DNA of 64,000 nt, taken from the NCBI GenBank assembly GCA_963780265.1, contig CAWABQ010000031.1, positions 5,126 through 69,125 of the forward strand, in the 5' to 3' direction. Positions 17,928 to 28,684 of this stretch are shown here, in pieces; the stretch's first letter is position 1; every line of letters starts with the position of its first letter. Both the position numbers and the translations under genes were made by a program. Under the pieces are notes generated by a model. The model made no database searches and had not been told where the DNA came from. It saw only the letters and a list, made by a program, of their open reading frames with translations. Source of the stretch: Candidatus Bathyarchaeota archaeon (GTDB lineage: Archaea > Thermoproteota > Bathyarchaeia > 40CM-2-53-6).

Positions 17928-18737
17928 TTAACGAGGTTTCAATCCTGCGCTCGTTCGCTTCATTCTGATGACGACGAGGCTAAGAACGAAAGCAATTGCT
18001 ACGCCAATGAGGACAAGATATTCAAATGGAAACTGCGTAGAGTTAGCAGTTTGCGTTAGCATAGTTGGAGCTAGCATGGTGGTTACAATGTTCTGAACCT
18101 GGTATGTAGTTGTCGTGGCGTACGTCTGGGTGGTGCTCTCAATGGAGGTACTCAATGTGTACGCGGTAAAGCGGATAGGGTAGATGTCTCTTCCTGCGAA
18201 CACGAAAGCATACTGGCCACTCTGGGGCACGGTCCAGTTCAAATCAGATGACAAGGCCACCGTCCGGACCGGTGAAGGCCACGACCCATTATTGCAGGCG
18301 TAATTGTCGACATAGTCCAGCTGCCTGGGGTTCATTATGTAGAAGGAGACTATCTTCGGAGCCTCGAAGTGAACGAACACTTGCTGTGATGTTACGGCGT
18401 TGAACAAGAAGTACTCGTAGTAAAGACATGGGTATACATCAATTTCGAGGCGTGGGGTACCCTTGAGTACGTTGTGTAAATGACCGTGAATTTTCATCTT
18501 CACTTGGTCAAGGAAAAATGAATCCGATTGAATGTTGTAGCTAGGGGGTGCTGCGTCATAGTGTATGGGCAGAGTAACTGCCGCAGTGACAACGACCTGA
18601 GAGAGTCCGCTGACGGTTGACGTGGCAAAACCAGTGCTGGTCTCCGTTACGGCGGTCTGGCCAGGCGCGAATTGAGCCATCAAAAGTGGGGTGAATGACG
18701 AGAACAATAGCAGCACTATTATCAAGAGTTTGGACAA
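17928..18737 (-). CDS. hypothetical surface protein with signal peptide, Thr/Gln-rich stalk and C-terminal TM anchor
   Basis: N-terminal LLIIVLLLFSSFTPLLMA, C-terminal T/Q-rich run, then FEYLVLIGVAIAFVLSLVVIRMKR. It lies on the opposite strand inside the exosome superoperon. Confidence 0.6.
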   Translation of the reverse strand: MSKLLIIVLLLFSSFTPLLMAQFAPGQTAVTETSTGFATSTVSGLSQVVVTAAVTLPIHYDAAPPSYNIQSDSFFLDQVKMKIHGHLHNVLKGTPRLEIDVYPCLYYEYFLFNAVTSQQVFVHFEAPKIVSFYIMNPRQLDYVDNYACNNGSWPSPVRTVALSSDLNWTVPQSGQYAFVFAGRDIYPIRFTAYTLSTSIESTTQTYATTTTYQVQNIVTTMLAPTMLTQTANSTQFPFEYLVLIGVAIAFVLSLVVIRMKRTSAGLKPR

Positions 18738-18947
18738 GAGGACTGGCCTCCTACGCGCATCTAGTAGACCTGGCCTACATTAGTGTATATATGCAAAGCT
18801 AGGGAACGACGCGCTCTGTCACGGGCGGAAATCTCGCGGAATAACGTTGTGGTCAAATCGTGGAAGAATGCATATAGGTGAAGGTTTTGGTAACGCTAGG
18901 CGAAGGTAGTCATTCTGAACTCATCATGCAAAGCATCCTCTGGCCTT

Positions 18948-19471
18948 ATGCTCGTGGCAGCAATGCTATTTCTCCTAATGACCGTCTCGGGTGTTGCAGC
19001 GGCACGCTGCCAGGTCACTAACGTCTCATATGCCTACCCTCACATAGCTGATACCAACCAGCAAATCAAAGTTTCCACAACCGTGTCTGGGTCGTGTGCA
19101 ACGTCTGGAGAGGATTACTATACACTTAGGCTTGACCTGGTAGAGATGACTTCTAACTCCACTACAAAGACGATAACCAATAGCACACCGATTGGTTACA
19201 CCCCAAACGACTTCACAGTAACAGTAGAAGATACTGCAACAACGCCATCCGTTAACGGGTTATGGCCAATACAAGTCCACGTGTATGTCATACGGCGGGG
19301 GGAACGAGCGGGGCGTTTCTCCTCGACTATCAAACCGCCGAAAACGTGACAATTCAAGTGGGATCCACACCCGTGCCAGAATTCAACGTGGGACTAAGTC
19401 TTACCTTAGTCGTCTCCCTACTCGCAGCAATACCGATCATTTCACGGAGCAATCGTCGTAGACGAACCTGA
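18948..19471 (+). CDS. hypothetical surface protein with PEF-CTERM-like sorting tail, frame broken at G6 run 19297-19302
   Basis: Track ORFs 18948..19349 (signal peptide MLVAAMLFLLMTVSGVAA) and 19262..19471 join if one G is added to the G6 run. The second ORF ends in STPVPEFNVGLSLTLVVSLLAAIPIISRSNRRRRT. Confidence 0.6.
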
Positions 19472-19633
19472 CAACAACCCAGTCAGGTTGCTTCATTTTG
19501 ACCCAACCCATTCTACTTGTAATTTGATGATTGCAGAACTAAGTATGTGTACTCTTATGCTCGTTTTCAGCAAATCAACAACCTATATGTAGCAGTTTCC
19601 TTGTTTCTGCTCGACTTCGGTTACAAGTTTGAG

Positions 19634-20347
19634 TTGGAATGGTTGACGATACACGCAGAAAGGAAGAAATTAGTTGAACCCGGGGAACTCCTCGCGGAGG
19701 GCCCGTATTTTCCTGGAGAGAACACTTACCGTGACGGCACTAAGATATTCTCTTCACGGGTGGGATTGGCGGAAGTTATTGGAAACAAGCTCATCGTGGT
19801 CCCAATCAAGGGCACCTACATTCCCCGCCTCGACGATATTGTGGTCGGGCGTGTAACTGATATTGGAATGTCCGGATGGCAAGTTGACATCGATTCACCT
19901 TATCCAGCCATGTTGCCGGCCTCGGAGACTCCGTTGCAGCATGGTCGAGACAATGGACGCCGTGATTTAGGACACATTTACGGTGTCGGGGACCTTATGA
20001 TAGCACAGGTCATAGCCTTCGACCGAACGCGAGACCCGCTCCTGACCACAAAGGGCAGGGGACTGGGAAAAGTGACCACGGGACACGTGGCTCGAATAAC
20101 TCCGGCAAAAATACCCCGAATTATCGGAAAGCAGGGTTCAATGATAACAATGTTGAAGAAGGAGACTCAGACCGATATTATTCCAGGCCAAAACGGCGTT
20201 ATCTTGGTAATTGGAAGAAACCCAGACCATGAAAGAACAGCAGTAGAATCTATCTACATGATTGAACGTGAAGCTCATACGACTGGACTGACAGATCGCG
20301 TAAAGGCAATGATCGTGGAGAGAATGAAGGGAAAAACAGTTGGGTAA
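19634..20347 (+). CDS. rrp4: exosome complex RNA-binding subunit Rrp4 (S1 + KH)
   Basis: [40 protein letters not shown]. The start is ambiguous. Candidates are TTG 19634 or 19643, or ATG 19639 in another frame ([10 protein letters not shown]) with an indel. The track ORF starts at 19547. Confidence 0.9.
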   Translation: MEWLTIHAERKKLVEPGELLAEGPYFPGENTYRDGTKIFSSRVGLAEVIGNKLIVVPIKGTYIPRLDDIVVGRVTDIGMSGWQVDIDSPYPAMLPASETPLQHGRDNGRRDLGHIYGVGDLMIAQVIAFDRTRDPLLTTKGRGLGKVTTGHVARITPAKIPRIIGKQGSMITMLKKETQTDIIPGQNGVILVIGRNPDHERTAVESIYMIEREAHTTGLTDRVKAMIVERMKGKTVG

Positions 20348-21104
20348 ACAAGAACAAGTTCACCTGATCGATAAGAACGGTCTTCGCGTGGACGGCCGAC
20401 GCCTCGATGAGCTTCGCCCACTCAAGTTGGAGGTTGGAATTCTAGACAAAGCAAATGGTTCAGCATATATCGAGCACGGCCGAAACAAGATACTCGCGGC
20501 AGTGTACGGCCCGAGGGAGGCCCATCCAAAACATATAGCCCTTGCTGACCGGGCGGTGGTTAGATGCCGATACCACATGGCCCCATTTTCAACTGACGAA
20601 CGGAAATCACCAGCCCCGTCTAGGCGTGAGTTGGAGCTCTCGAAGATGATTAGGGAGTCGCTCGAGCCCGCAATAATGTCAGAGTATTTCCCACGGGCAA
20701 CGATAGACCTCTTCATCGAGGTGCTACAAGCTGACGCCGGAACAAGGTGCGCCGGGATAACGGCGGCATCCCTTGCCCTGGCGGATGCGGGCATTCCGAT
20801 GCGAGAGCTAGTAGCAGCTTGCGCCGCAGGGAAGATAGATGGCAAAGTGGTTTTGGACCTCTCGGACATTGAAGACAAGCAAGGAGATGCAGATCTCCCA
20901 GTGGCATTCATGCCAAAATCGAACGTTATCAGCCTCCTACAAATGGACGGCTCATTGACCGAAGAAGAGTTCAAGCAGGCTCTAGAATTGGCCACCAATG
21001 CGTGCAGAAAGATCTACGATATGCAAAGGGAGGCGCTACAGCAGAAATACCACGTTGTCAGGGACGAAACTGAGAAAGAGGCAGTCGCGGAGGTCCAGGC
21101 TTAA
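20340..21104 (+). CDS. rrp41: exosome complex exonuclease Rrp41 (RNase PH)
   Basis: [41 protein letters not shown]. Confidence 0.95.
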   Translation: MGKQEQVHLIDKNGLRVDGRRLDELRPLKLEVGILDKANGSAYIEHGRNKILAAVYGPREAHPKHIALADRAVVRCRYHMAPFSTDERKSPAPSRRELELSKMIRESLEPAIMSEYFPRATIDLFIEVLQADAGTRCAGITAASLALADAGIPMRELVAACAAGKIDGKVVLDLSDIEDKQGDADLPVAFMPKSNVISLLQMDGSLTEEEFKQALELATNACRKIYDMQREALQQKYHVVRDETEKEAVAEVQA

Positions 21105-21919
21105 TGTCGACAACGCATCAATTTTCACCCGTCGCCAAGCTAGAACAGAAGAGTGTCAGCGATCTAATTGTGAAGGGGAAGCGGCTGGACGAACGGAATT
21201 TACTGGATTACAGGCCGTTAACCATAATGATGGGCATAATTGAGAAAGCGAACGGATCAGCCCAAGTATACCTCGGGAAAACCAGAGTCTTGGTTGGGGT
21301 GAAGATACAACCAGGAACTCCATTCGAAGACACCCCTGACGAGGGTATTCTGACCGTCAACGCGGAATTCGTACCCATAGCCTCACCGACCTTTGAGGCT
21401 GGACCGCCTGGCGAAGACTCAATCGAGCTGGCCCGCGTAATCGACCGTGGCATTAGAGAGTCGAAAGCGATTGACCTGAAGAAGCTCTGCGTTCAGCCCG
21501 GTAAGAAAGTGTTCGTAGTTTTCGTAGATATCTACATCCTCGACCACGATGGTAACTTGATCGACGCGGCGGGGATGGCGGCCTTAGGAGCTCTAATTAA
21601 CTCAAAGATGCACGAATTCGAAGTCAAAGACAACGAATTGGTCCTCAAAGACAAGATGATGCCGCTGCCGATGCAAGACTACCCTGTTCCGATCACATCC
21701 GTGAAGATCGATGGGTCAATCGTTCTCGACCCCTGCCTCGAAGAAGAGCAGGTCATAAGCTGCCGGTTAACAGTCACAACCGGTAAGGATGATCGGATCT
21801 GCGCCATGCAAAAGGGAGGTCTTGGTGTTCTTAACCCCGACGAGGTAAAGCAGATCGTTTCCACAGCCATAAGCAAATCCCGAGACCTGCGCCAAAGGGT
21901 TCTATCAAAAGTGAACTAG
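21104..21919 (+). CDS. rrp42: exosome complex subunit Rrp42 (RNase PH-like)
   Basis: GKRLDERNLLDYRPL, ANGSAQVYLGKTRVLVGVK, DHDGNLIDAAGMAAL. Confidence 0.95.
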   Translation: MSTTHQFSPVAKLEQKSVSDLIVKGKRLDERNLLDYRPLTIMMGIIEKANGSAQVYLGKTRVLVGVKIQPGTPFEDTPDEGILTVNAEFVPIASPTFEAGPPGEDSIELARVIDRGIRESKAIDLKKLCVQPGKKVFVVFVDIYILDHDGNLIDAAGMAALGALINSKMHEFEVKDNELVLKDKMMPLPMQDYPVPITSVKIDGSIVLDPCLEEEQVISCRLTVTTGKDDRICAMQKGGLGVLNPDEVKQIVSTAISKSRDLRQRVLSKVN

Positions 21920-21920
21920 T

Positions 21921-22331
21921 GTGGGAAGAACCTACAAGGTAGGCCCTTCGGGAAGCTTCGGAGCACGCTACGGGACAGTGGCTAGGAAGCGATATTCGAG
22001 TATCATAACCACGTTAAGAGCCGCACATGAATGCCCCCAATGCCACTTGATGGCTGTAAAGCGTATGTCCGTTGGAATCTGGTTCTGCGGGCGTTGCGGT
22101 TTCAAATTCGCCGGGGGCGCATATGCCCCAATTACCAAGCTGGGTCAAATTGCTGAAAGAGCCGCGCGCGCTGGAGTCGCATCTAGCCTAGCTGCCGAAG
22201 TCAAGGCGGAGAAAGCCCGGACCATCGAGGCTGAGGCCAAAGCAAAGAGAAGGCGGAGAAAGGCTGAGGCGAAGAAACGCGAAAAGAAGCCGAATGAAAC
22301 AGAGACCGTCCCCGAGGACAAGGCTGCATGA
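21921..22331 (+). CDS. rpl37ae: 50S ribosomal protein L37Ae (eL43) with ~50-aa Lys/Ala/Glu-rich C-terminal extension
   Basis: GSFGARYG, CPQC...CGRCGFKFAGGAY zinc ribbon, then AAEVKAEKARTIEAEAKAKRRRRKAEAKKREKKPNE. Confidence 0.9.
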   Translation: MGRTYKVGPSGSFGARYGTVARKRYSSIITTLRAAHECPQCHLMAVKRMSVGIWFCGRCGFKFAGGAYAPITKLGQIAERAARAGVASSLAAEVKAEKARTIEAEAKAKRRRRKAEAKKREKKPNETETVPEDKAA

Positions 22332-22655
22332 TCGGCATTACGACTTTGGCAAGAACCAGTTAACCAAGTCTCGGGCCATAGTCCGCGTCATTTTTCGTAC
22401 AAGGCAGCAGATGAATGCCGTTGCGCAAGCTCTGAGTCCTGAGCTTTTTCGTCCAGGCGGTGACAGAGCCAGGGCAAGGATTTTCGTCCCGGAAGGCAAT
22501 TGAGCCTTCATTTTGAGGCGAAGGATTCCACAGCGCTTCGAGCTATTATGAGCTCATGCCTCAGAATGCTAGCCGCTTCCCTGAACGTATCTACCTCTCT
22601 TATTCAACTTGAGGGCTCCTATCAACCCAGCAAAAGCGATAAGAGTGCCGAGTAA
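22294..22655 (+). CDS. pcc1: KEOPS subunit Pcc1, frame broken near 22497-22500
   Basis: Frame 1 gives AIVRVIFRTRQQMNAVAQALSPEL...RARARIFVPEG. Frame 0 continues LSLHFEAKDSTALRAIMSSCLRMLAASLNV and stops at 22653..22655. Restoring one A in CAATT gives PEGKLSLHFEAKDSTALRA, a canonical Pcc1. The position after L37Ae is conserved. Confidence 0.7.
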
Positions 22656-22685
22656 CAGCGAAACGACGAGAGCAACTGGTGGCTT

Positions 22686-23906
22686 ATGATTAAGAATTTG
22701 GACGCAGAGATGCGGAAGCAGGGTGTTAATGGAATCGTAGTTCTTGGCGACACAACTCTTGCTAACCCAGATTTGATCTATGCAGTCGGGGGGAACCTTG
22801 CCCGTGGTGGCATCTACTTCAAGAGAGAAGGAAAAACCCCGCTGTTACTGGTAAGCAATCTTGACATTGGAACTGCCAAGAGGCTTGAACGCACTCAAAG
22901 AATTGAAACTTACACCCAGTGGGGTTTCGAGGAACTTGCAAAGAAATATCGGGGAAGGGACGAAGCTATGCCGCGCCTAATTTCTCTCGTCCTCAGGCGG
23001 GAAGGTATTTCCGGAAAGGTAGGACTATTCGGTAGAAATGACCTCGCTTCCGGGATTTATTTGGCCAACAGGTTAAGGACACTTGGCGTTAAGATTGTTG
23101 GCGGCCAATCCCCAACTATACTCGAAGCAGCACGAGAGACCAAGGAGAAGAAGGAGATAGATGAAATACGAAATGTTGGAAGAAAAACTGCAAAGGTCGT
23201 CACTGAAGTGGTCGATGTTTTGAGGAACATGAAGAAAGCACGCGGGCGTTTTCAAATTGGCAAAAAACGGGCCACAATCGGGCTAGTCAAATCGATAATC
23301 GCCACCAAAATTGCAAACCAGGGTTTGATTGCGCCGGAGGGTACGATCTTCGCCATAGGACCGTCAGGCGCTGATCCCCACAATAGTGGTGTTAACACGG
23401 ACGAGATAAAGGCGGGCCGGTTGATCGTCTTCGACATATTTCCGCAAGCGGAGACCGGATATTGGTTCGACCTCACACGAACCTACATGGTCGGCAGAGC
23501 TGATGCCAAGGCCAAACATCTCTTTGAGACTGTGCACGAAGCGCAGTCTACCTCACTCGACATCCTGAAGGCCGGTATAACTGGCGAAGAGGCAATGATG
23601 GCCGCATGTGATGTAGTGGAAAGGGCCGGCTACAGAACAATACGAGAGGTTTACGAAGGTAAAGCAAAGAGCATGTCATCGGGCTTTAATCACTCACTCG
23701 GGCATGGAGTTGGCTTGACAATCGGTGAGAGACCTAGCCTAGGTCTCTTGAGTAAAGACCCGCTGAAGGCAGGCGGAGTAGTGACCGTTGAGCCGGGGGT
23801 CTACCTCCCTAAGTATGGCGGTGTCAGGATCGAAGACACCGTGAAGATAACACAGAAAGGGTATGAGAACCTAGCACGAGTTGAGAAAGAACTAGAGATC
23901 GTGTAA
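22686..23906 (+). CDS. Xaa-Pro aminopeptidase / M24 family metallopeptidase
   Basis: Pita-bread fold metal ligands are visible: [35 protein letters not shown]. Confidence 0.85.
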   Translation: MIKNLDAEMRKQGVNGIVVLGDTTLANPDLIYAVGGNLARGGIYFKREGKTPLLLVSNLDIGTAKRLERTQRIETYTQWGFEELAKKYRGRDEAMPRLISLVLRREGISGKVGLFGRNDLASGIYLANRLRTLGVKIVGGQSPTILEAARETKEKKEIDEIRNVGRKTAKVVTEVVDVLRNMKKARGRFQIGKKRATIGLVKSIIATKIANQGLIAPEGTIFAIGPSGADPHNSGVNTDEIKAGRLIVFDIFPQAETGYWFDLTRTYMVGRADAKAKHLFETVHEAQSTSLDILKAGITGEEAMMAACDVVERAGYRTIREVYEGKAKSMSSGFNHSLGHGVGLTIGERPSLGLLSKDPLKAGGVVTVEPGVYLPKYGGVRIEDTVKITQKGYENLARVEKELEIV

Positions 23907-23920
23907 GGAAGGTCCGAAGA

Positions 23921-24409
23921 TTGAACACCAAAGTTGTCGACGTGAATGTGCCCGAAGGATGCAACACCATATTAGGACAAAGCCATTTCATCAAGACCGT
24001 TGAAGACCTCTACGAGGCCCTTGTCAACGCAGTTCCAAACATAAAGTTCGGCTTGGCGTTTTGCGAATCAAGCGGGCCGTGCTTAGTTCGAGTTGACGGT
24101 AATGACGCCGAACTGAAGGAATTGGCGTCGAAAACTGCCTTTGCCTTATCCGCGGGCCACAGTTTCATTATCTTCATGCGAAACGCATACCCGATAAACG
24201 TTCTTGATAAAGTGAAAGCGGTTCCAGAAGTGTGCAACATCTTCTCGGCCACGGCTAACCCATTCCAGGTCATCCTTGCTGAAACGGAACAGGGGCGAGG
24301 TATTCTAGGGGTCGTTGATGGTTATGCGAGTAAAGGAATCGAAAGCGAAAGAGATGCGCAAGAGCGGAAGGTATTTCTCAGGAAAGTAGGCTACAAGCTC
24401 TCAACGTGA
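23921..24409 (+). CDS. adenosine-specific kinase family protein (PAE2307-like)
   Basis: [43 protein letters not shown]. Recalled family signature. Confidence 0.65.
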   Translation: MNTKVVDVNVPEGCNTILGQSHFIKTVEDLYEALVNAVPNIKFGLAFCESSGPCLVRVDGNDAELKELASKTAFALSAGHSFIIFMRNAYPINVLDKVKAVPEVCNIFSATANPFQVILAETEQGRGILGVVDGYASKGIESERDAQERKVFLRKVGYKLST

Positions 24410-25036
24410 ATTTGCCGTCGGTCTCGTTGACGCAAAATACCAACGAATTCCAGCTGGCGTGTCTTCTAGGCCGATTCCTAAGTTGGTGAGGTTGTCACGC
24501 ATGGCATCGGCATTTGTCCAGTCGCCTCTTTTTCTCGCGTCCTCCCGCATTTTCAAGAGAAGTTTCACGAGTCCTTCGAACAGCCGGTCTTGTGAGGCAT
24601 TAGTTGGGCGGAGTATGCCGAATACACTGCCAAAGTAGTCGAACGTCTTGATTATCAATTCATTAGGCCCGCGACCGATTGGCCGTGAAGCGTAGGGTTC
24701 AATGTCTTTGGCATAGGCTATCACCACTGCCAAAGCGCGTGGTGTATTGAAATCATCATCCATTGAATCCACAAAGCTCTTCGTTGCTTCAGCGGATAAC
24801 CGCTCGATGTCTGCGTTTCGTTCATCTCCGGGTTTCAGGGTTTCCGCCAGGGCCTTGAATTGACTGTACACTGCCCGCAACTTGTCCAGAACTTGTTCTG
24901 CTTGAGTGATGTCGGGTTCGTTAAACTCTAGTTGGCTTCGGTAGTGTCTCATACCATAGTATAACCGGAGAGCTTCGGCGTCATGCGTCCGAAGGGTTTC
25001 CTCTATGGTTATGAAATTGCCCATCGAATGTCCCAT
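24401..25036 (-). CDS. cysS: cysteinyl-tRNA synthetase, C-terminal fragment (frame break near 25050)
   Basis: The upstream in-frame sequence [13 protein letters not shown] is the KMSKS-loop equivalent, followed by the anticodon-binding helical domain. It joins the N-terminal fragment if one base is restored in ATGAC, giving [19 protein letters not shown]. Confidence 0.9.
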   Translation of the reverse strand: MGHSMGNFITIEETLRTHDAEALRLYYGMRHYRSQLEFNEPDITQAEQVLDKLRAVYSQFKALAETLKPGDERNADIERLSAEATKSFVDSMDDDFNTPRALAVVIAYAKDIEPYASRPIGRGPNELIIKTFDYFGSVFGILRPTNASQDRLFEGLVKLLLKMREDARKRGDWTNADAMRDNLTNLGIGLEDTPAGIRWYFASTRPTANSR

Positions 25037-25833
25037 CCGTTCACCGGCGTCATGAGTAACCCGCCATGCACCCAGAATCTCACGAGCGGTTCGACACCCG
25101 TAGCCGCTTCGGCTTGGGCAATCTCTGCCTCGTGGTGTGGGAAGATTAGGTCGAGACCGCCTCCGTGCAGGTCGTAGGTGGGACCGAAGTAGGTCGTTGT
25201 TATCGCTGTATCTTCAACATGCCATCCAGGCCTGCCCTTGCCCCATGGGCTATCCCACGAAGGCTCACCAGGTTTCTGGCTCTTCCATAAGGCAAAGTCG
25301 ACCACGTTCCTCTTTCTAGCATCAGGGTCGACCCTATGCATTACTAGTTGCTCAATCTTTTGCCCCGACAGTTCTCCGTACCGAGGGAATTTTGCAACAT
25401 CATAGTAAACATCCCCGTCCACTTGGTATGCAAATCCCTTCTCGACGAGCGTCGCAACCTGCGCAATTATTTCAGGTACGTGCTCCGATGCCTTGGCGTA
25501 CAAGTTAACGCTGGTTATTCCAAGGGCTGCCATATCACGCATGAATTCCTTCGTAAACCCATCTGCCAAACGCAGAGGGTCTTCACCGGATTCCTTAGCT
25601 CGGCCTATGATCTTGTCATCGATGTCTGTTATGTTCATCAAATAGAAGAGACTAAAGCCTTTAGACCTTAGGTATCTCGCAATGATGTCGTAGGCCAGAT
25701 AGGTTCTCGCATGGCCGATATGGCTGTGGTCATAAACCGTGGGCCCGCATACGAACATGTAAACTCGGTTGCCTCGGGCCGGCTTGAATTCCTCGACGGA
25801 GTGTGTTCTAGTATTGTAGATTCTCAGACCCAC
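25009..25833 (-). CDS. cysS: cysteinyl-tRNA synthetase, N-terminal catalytic fragment
   Basis: CGPTVYDHSHIGHARTY (HIGH motif), NITDIDDKII, GRPGWHVE, GGGLDLIFPHHE. The last about 15 residues of the track ORF are out-of-frame read-on. Confidence 0.9.
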   Translation of the reverse strand: MGLRIYNTRTHSVEEFKPARGNRVYMFVCGPTVYDHSHIGHARTYLAYDIIARYLRSKGFSLFYLMNITDIDDKIIGRAKESGEDPLRLADGFTKEFMRDMAALGITSVNLYAKASEHVPEIIAQVATLVEKGFAYQVDGDVYYDVAKFPRYGELSGQKIEQLVMHRVDPDARKRNVVDFALWKSQKPGEPSWDSPWGKGRPGWHVEDTAITTTYFGPTYDLHGGGLDLIFPHHEAEIAQAEAATGVEPLVRFWVHGGLLMTPVNGWDIRWAIS

Positions 25834-26164
25834 AAGGAGTCACCCCAATAGGATTGAAGAAGCACTAACGGCCGGGATAGTTCGTTGTCAGCTAAACGCA
25901 AGAGCTTGGGTTCCTTCGCAAACGCGTTCACCCATATTCCTCGCCGTCTTGACAAACGAACTTCTCGACATCTAATTAATCTTATGATAGGAAACATGCT
26001 CGGGACGCGAGCACAATGAGAATGTGATAGGCTTAGTCAAATTGGCGTGCAGTTGTTCGCGGAAGCAGACCATGTCTCCCTAGATTGTCGCAACCTCTTG
26101 GCGGTTCGCTTCGATTTTACCCTCACACCTATATTGAACGGAATGTTTCCAATCTGCAAATTGG

Positions 26165-27448
26165 ATGATTATTGGCATGGCACAAGCGATTCTCAAGTCA
26201 GAGAAGAATGGCGAAGAGCTTATCGTTCAGCCCGAGGTTAACATTGGCACTCTCGGACATGTTGACAACGGTAAGAGCACGCTTGTGCAAGCGCTGACTG
26301 GCGTGTGGACGGCCCGGCATTCAGAGGAACTTCGTAGAGGAATCACGATCAAGATAGGGTATGCGGACGCATTCATTTACAAGTGCCCAAAGTGTCGTAC
26401 CCCAAGCAATTACACGACGCAACCAAAATGCCCGAATTGCGGTAGCGAAGCCAAGTTCGTTCGGGCCGTGAGCTTCGTTGATTGTCCGGGTCACCATAGC
26501 CTAATGGTCACGATGCTCTCGGGGTCATCCTTGATGGACGGCGCGCTCTTCGTGTTAGCTAGCAATGCAAAGTGCCCCCAAGCACAGGATAGGGAACACC
26601 TGCTGGCAGCAGAGAGTGTCGGCATCAAGAACTTGATATTCGTACAGAATAAGATCGACGTTGTCACAAAAGAAAGGGCAATAGAGAATCACAAGGAAAT
26701 TAGGGCTTTTGTTAAGGGAACCATCGCCGAAGAAGCCCCAATCATACCGATCTCCGCCCAACACGGAACGAACATCGACGTTTTGTTGAAGGAAATTGAG
26801 GATCGGATACCGACACCGAAGCGCAACCTCGCCGCGCCTGCACGAGCTTATGTGCTGCGGTCTTTTGAAGTAAACAAGCCAGGGACTGAAGTGGACGACT
26901 TGGTAGGGGGAGTAATCGGAGGCTCAATTATCCAAGGCGCCTTCAGCGTCGGAGATGCGGTCGAAATTAGGCCAGGAATTGTTGTGCAGGAAGGAGGAAA
27001 GAGTAGGTACGAACGCTTAGTGACGACAGTTAGGAGTCTCAGCGTTAGCAGAGGTCTCGTGCAAGAAGCAAAGAGCGGCGGCTTGGTTGGAATAGGTACT
27101 GACCTAGACCCGTCTCTTACGAAATCGGACGGCCTCGTCGGTAGCGTCGCAGGAAAAGTCGACACCTTACCACCCGCATTGGGAAGTATTACGCTCGATG
27201 TCAAGCTCTTCGAGAAAGTTGTTGGAACGGATATGGCTGTGCCTGTTGAGAAGATAAGAACAAACGAAGCATTGGTACTGAACGTAGGAACCACAGTGAC
27301 ATCGGGGGTCGTCACTTCTGCCCGCGAAGACGTAGCGGATGTTAGCCTCAAAAAACCTGTCTGCGCCGAAGGCGGGGCGAAAGTCGCCATAAGCCGCAGG
27401 ATTGCTGATAGCTGGCGGCTCATAGGGTTTGGAACGTTGAGGGCGTAG
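26165..27448 (+). CDS. eif2g: translation initiation factor aIF2 gamma
   Basis: QPEVNIGTLGHVDNGKSTLVQALTG, zinc knuckle CPKC..CPNC, VDCPGH, QNKID. Confidence 0.95.
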   Translation: MIIGMAQAILKSEKNGEELIVQPEVNIGTLGHVDNGKSTLVQALTGVWTARHSEELRRGITIKIGYADAFIYKCPKCRTPSNYTTQPKCPNCGSEAKFVRAVSFVDCPGHHSLMVTMLSGSSLMDGALFVLASNAKCPQAQDREHLLAAESVGIKNLIFVQNKIDVVTKERAIENHKEIRAFVKGTIAEEAPIIPISAQHGTNIDVLLKEIEDRIPTPKRNLAAPARAYVLRSFEVNKPGTEVDDLVGGVIGGSIIQGAFSVGDAVEIRPGIVVQEGGKSRYERLVTTVRSLSVSRGLVQEAKSGGLVGIGTDLDPSLTKSDGLVGSVAGKVDTLPPALGSITLDVKLFEKVVGTDMAVPVEKIRTNEALVLNVGTTVTSGVVTSAREDVADVSLKKPVCAEGGAKVAISRRIADSWRLIGFGTLRA

Positions 27449-27450
27449 AA

Positions 27451-27858
27451 TTGCCAATAAAGGTTATTCTAGATTCGAATTTCCTGATGATACCTTTCCA
27501 ATTCAATCTCGACGTCTTCCAGGAAATCGAGTTTCTTCTTCAGAAGAAGGTAGACTTCATCGTCCCATCAGCGGTTAAGAGTGAACTGACCGGTATCTCC
27601 TCGAGAGGAGGCGAAGGAGCCGCTGAAGCTTCCCTGGCGCTTCAACTCGCGTCACGGTGTCGCGTAGTGGAAGTCACTCTTGATGCGAGTGAGACAGTTG
27701 ATGATGCGATAGTTAAGGCATCGCAAAAACTAGGAGCTGTCGTTGCGACAACCGACATCGCCCTCAAGAAGAGGCTAAGAGATATTAACGTCCCGGTCGT
27801 CTACCTGAGAGACAAATCAAAACTAGAAGTCGACGGAATAGAGCCTGCCTACCTGTAG
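27451..27858 (+). CDS. PIN-domain protein (Fcf1/COG1412-like) conserved next to aIF2-gamma
   Basis: VILDSNFLMIPFQF, VATTDIALKKRL. TTG start. This is the conserved archaeal position between aIF2-gamma and Rpo7. Confidence 0.75.
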   Translation: MPIKVILDSNFLMIPFQFNLDVFQEIEFLLQKKVDFIVPSAVKSELTGISSRGGEGAAEASLALQLASRCRVVEVTLDASETVDDAIVKASQKLGAVVATTDIALKKRLRDINVPVVYLRDKSKLEVDGIEPAYL

Positions 27859-27890
27859 AGGAAATTTGCGGTTGTGTTGAGGGAAATCAA

Positions 27891-28465
27891 GTGTTTCGAT
27901 TAGTCACCGTTGAGGATATAGTTAGAATCCCCCCCCAGAGTTTTGGCCACCCGATTGATAAGGCCGCCAAAGAACAGATCAAGCTGAAGTACGAGAACAT
28001 CGTGGATGAAGAACTCGGTTACGTAATACTTGTCGTTGATGTAGATGTAGACCCCGTTGGAAAAATACTTCCGGGCGACGGTTCTACATACCACAAGGTC
28101 AACTTCAAACTCCTTTCTTTCTACCCAGAGATGCATGAGGTTGTGGAAGGCGAAGTTGTAGAGGTGACCGACTTCGGCGCATTCGTTAGAATTGGCCCCG
28201 AGGACGCATTGCTGCATGTCTCGCAAATCATGGACGATTACATCTCCTTCGACGAGAAGCACGGCGTGCTCGTTGGTAAAGAGTCTCAGAGAAAACTGGG
28301 CAAGGGCGACTTGGTTCGAGGTCGGATTATCGCCGTTAGCTTTCCACGCGGGGAGCGGGAGGCAAAATAGGTATCACCATGCGCCAACCTTTCCTAGGAA
28401 AACTGGATTGGATAGAGGCTGATATCAAGCGAACAAAGGTCGTACGTGAGGAGAAGGCCGCTTGA
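27891..28465 (+). CDS. rpoE1: DNA-directed RNA polymerase subunit Rpo7 (E'), frame broken at A4 run 28364-28367
   Basis: The track ORF ends at 28370 (…RIIAVSFPRGEREAK*). Frame 2 continues KIGITMRQPFLGKLDWIEADIKRTKVVREEKAA and stops at 28463..28465, which is the canonical Rpo7 C-terminus. One extra A restores it. Confidence 0.9.
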
Positions 28466-28647
28466 GTGATAAGGCCTGCAAGAACTGTAGGTTCATAAGT
28501 AATGGACCGGTATGCCCCAACTGCAAGTCGACCAACCTCAGCGATGACTGGAGCGGTTTAGTGGTCATCATAGATCCTTCGACCTCTGAGGTCGCGAAGA
28601 GGATGGAGATCAAGGCCTCGGGCCGGTATGCCATAAGAGTCCGCTGA
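28462..28647 (+). CDS. spt4: transcription elongation factor Spt4 (RpoE'')
   Basis: CKNCRFISNGPVCPNCKS zinc ribbon, DWSGLVVIIDP. TTG start overlapping the restored Rpo7 stop. Confidence 0.9.
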   Translation: MSDKACKNCRFISNGPVCPNCKSTNLSDDWSGLVVIIDPSTSEVAKRMEIKASGRYAIRVR

Positions 28648-28684
28648 CCATTCTAAGCAGCAACAGCTGGCAAGTGCTTACTAC

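Noticed and set aside
20360-20998. Long antisense ORFs overlapping conserved genes. Examples are 20360..20998 (-), 26848..27423 (-), 31091..31786 (-), 11681..12271 (+), 49486..49911 (-) and 60266..60715 (-).
   Set aside because: Each lies entirely opposite a gene with strong family signatures. Their compositions are biased (Ser/Arg/Ala/Pro-rich), as is typical of shadow ORFs in mid-to-high GC coding DNA.
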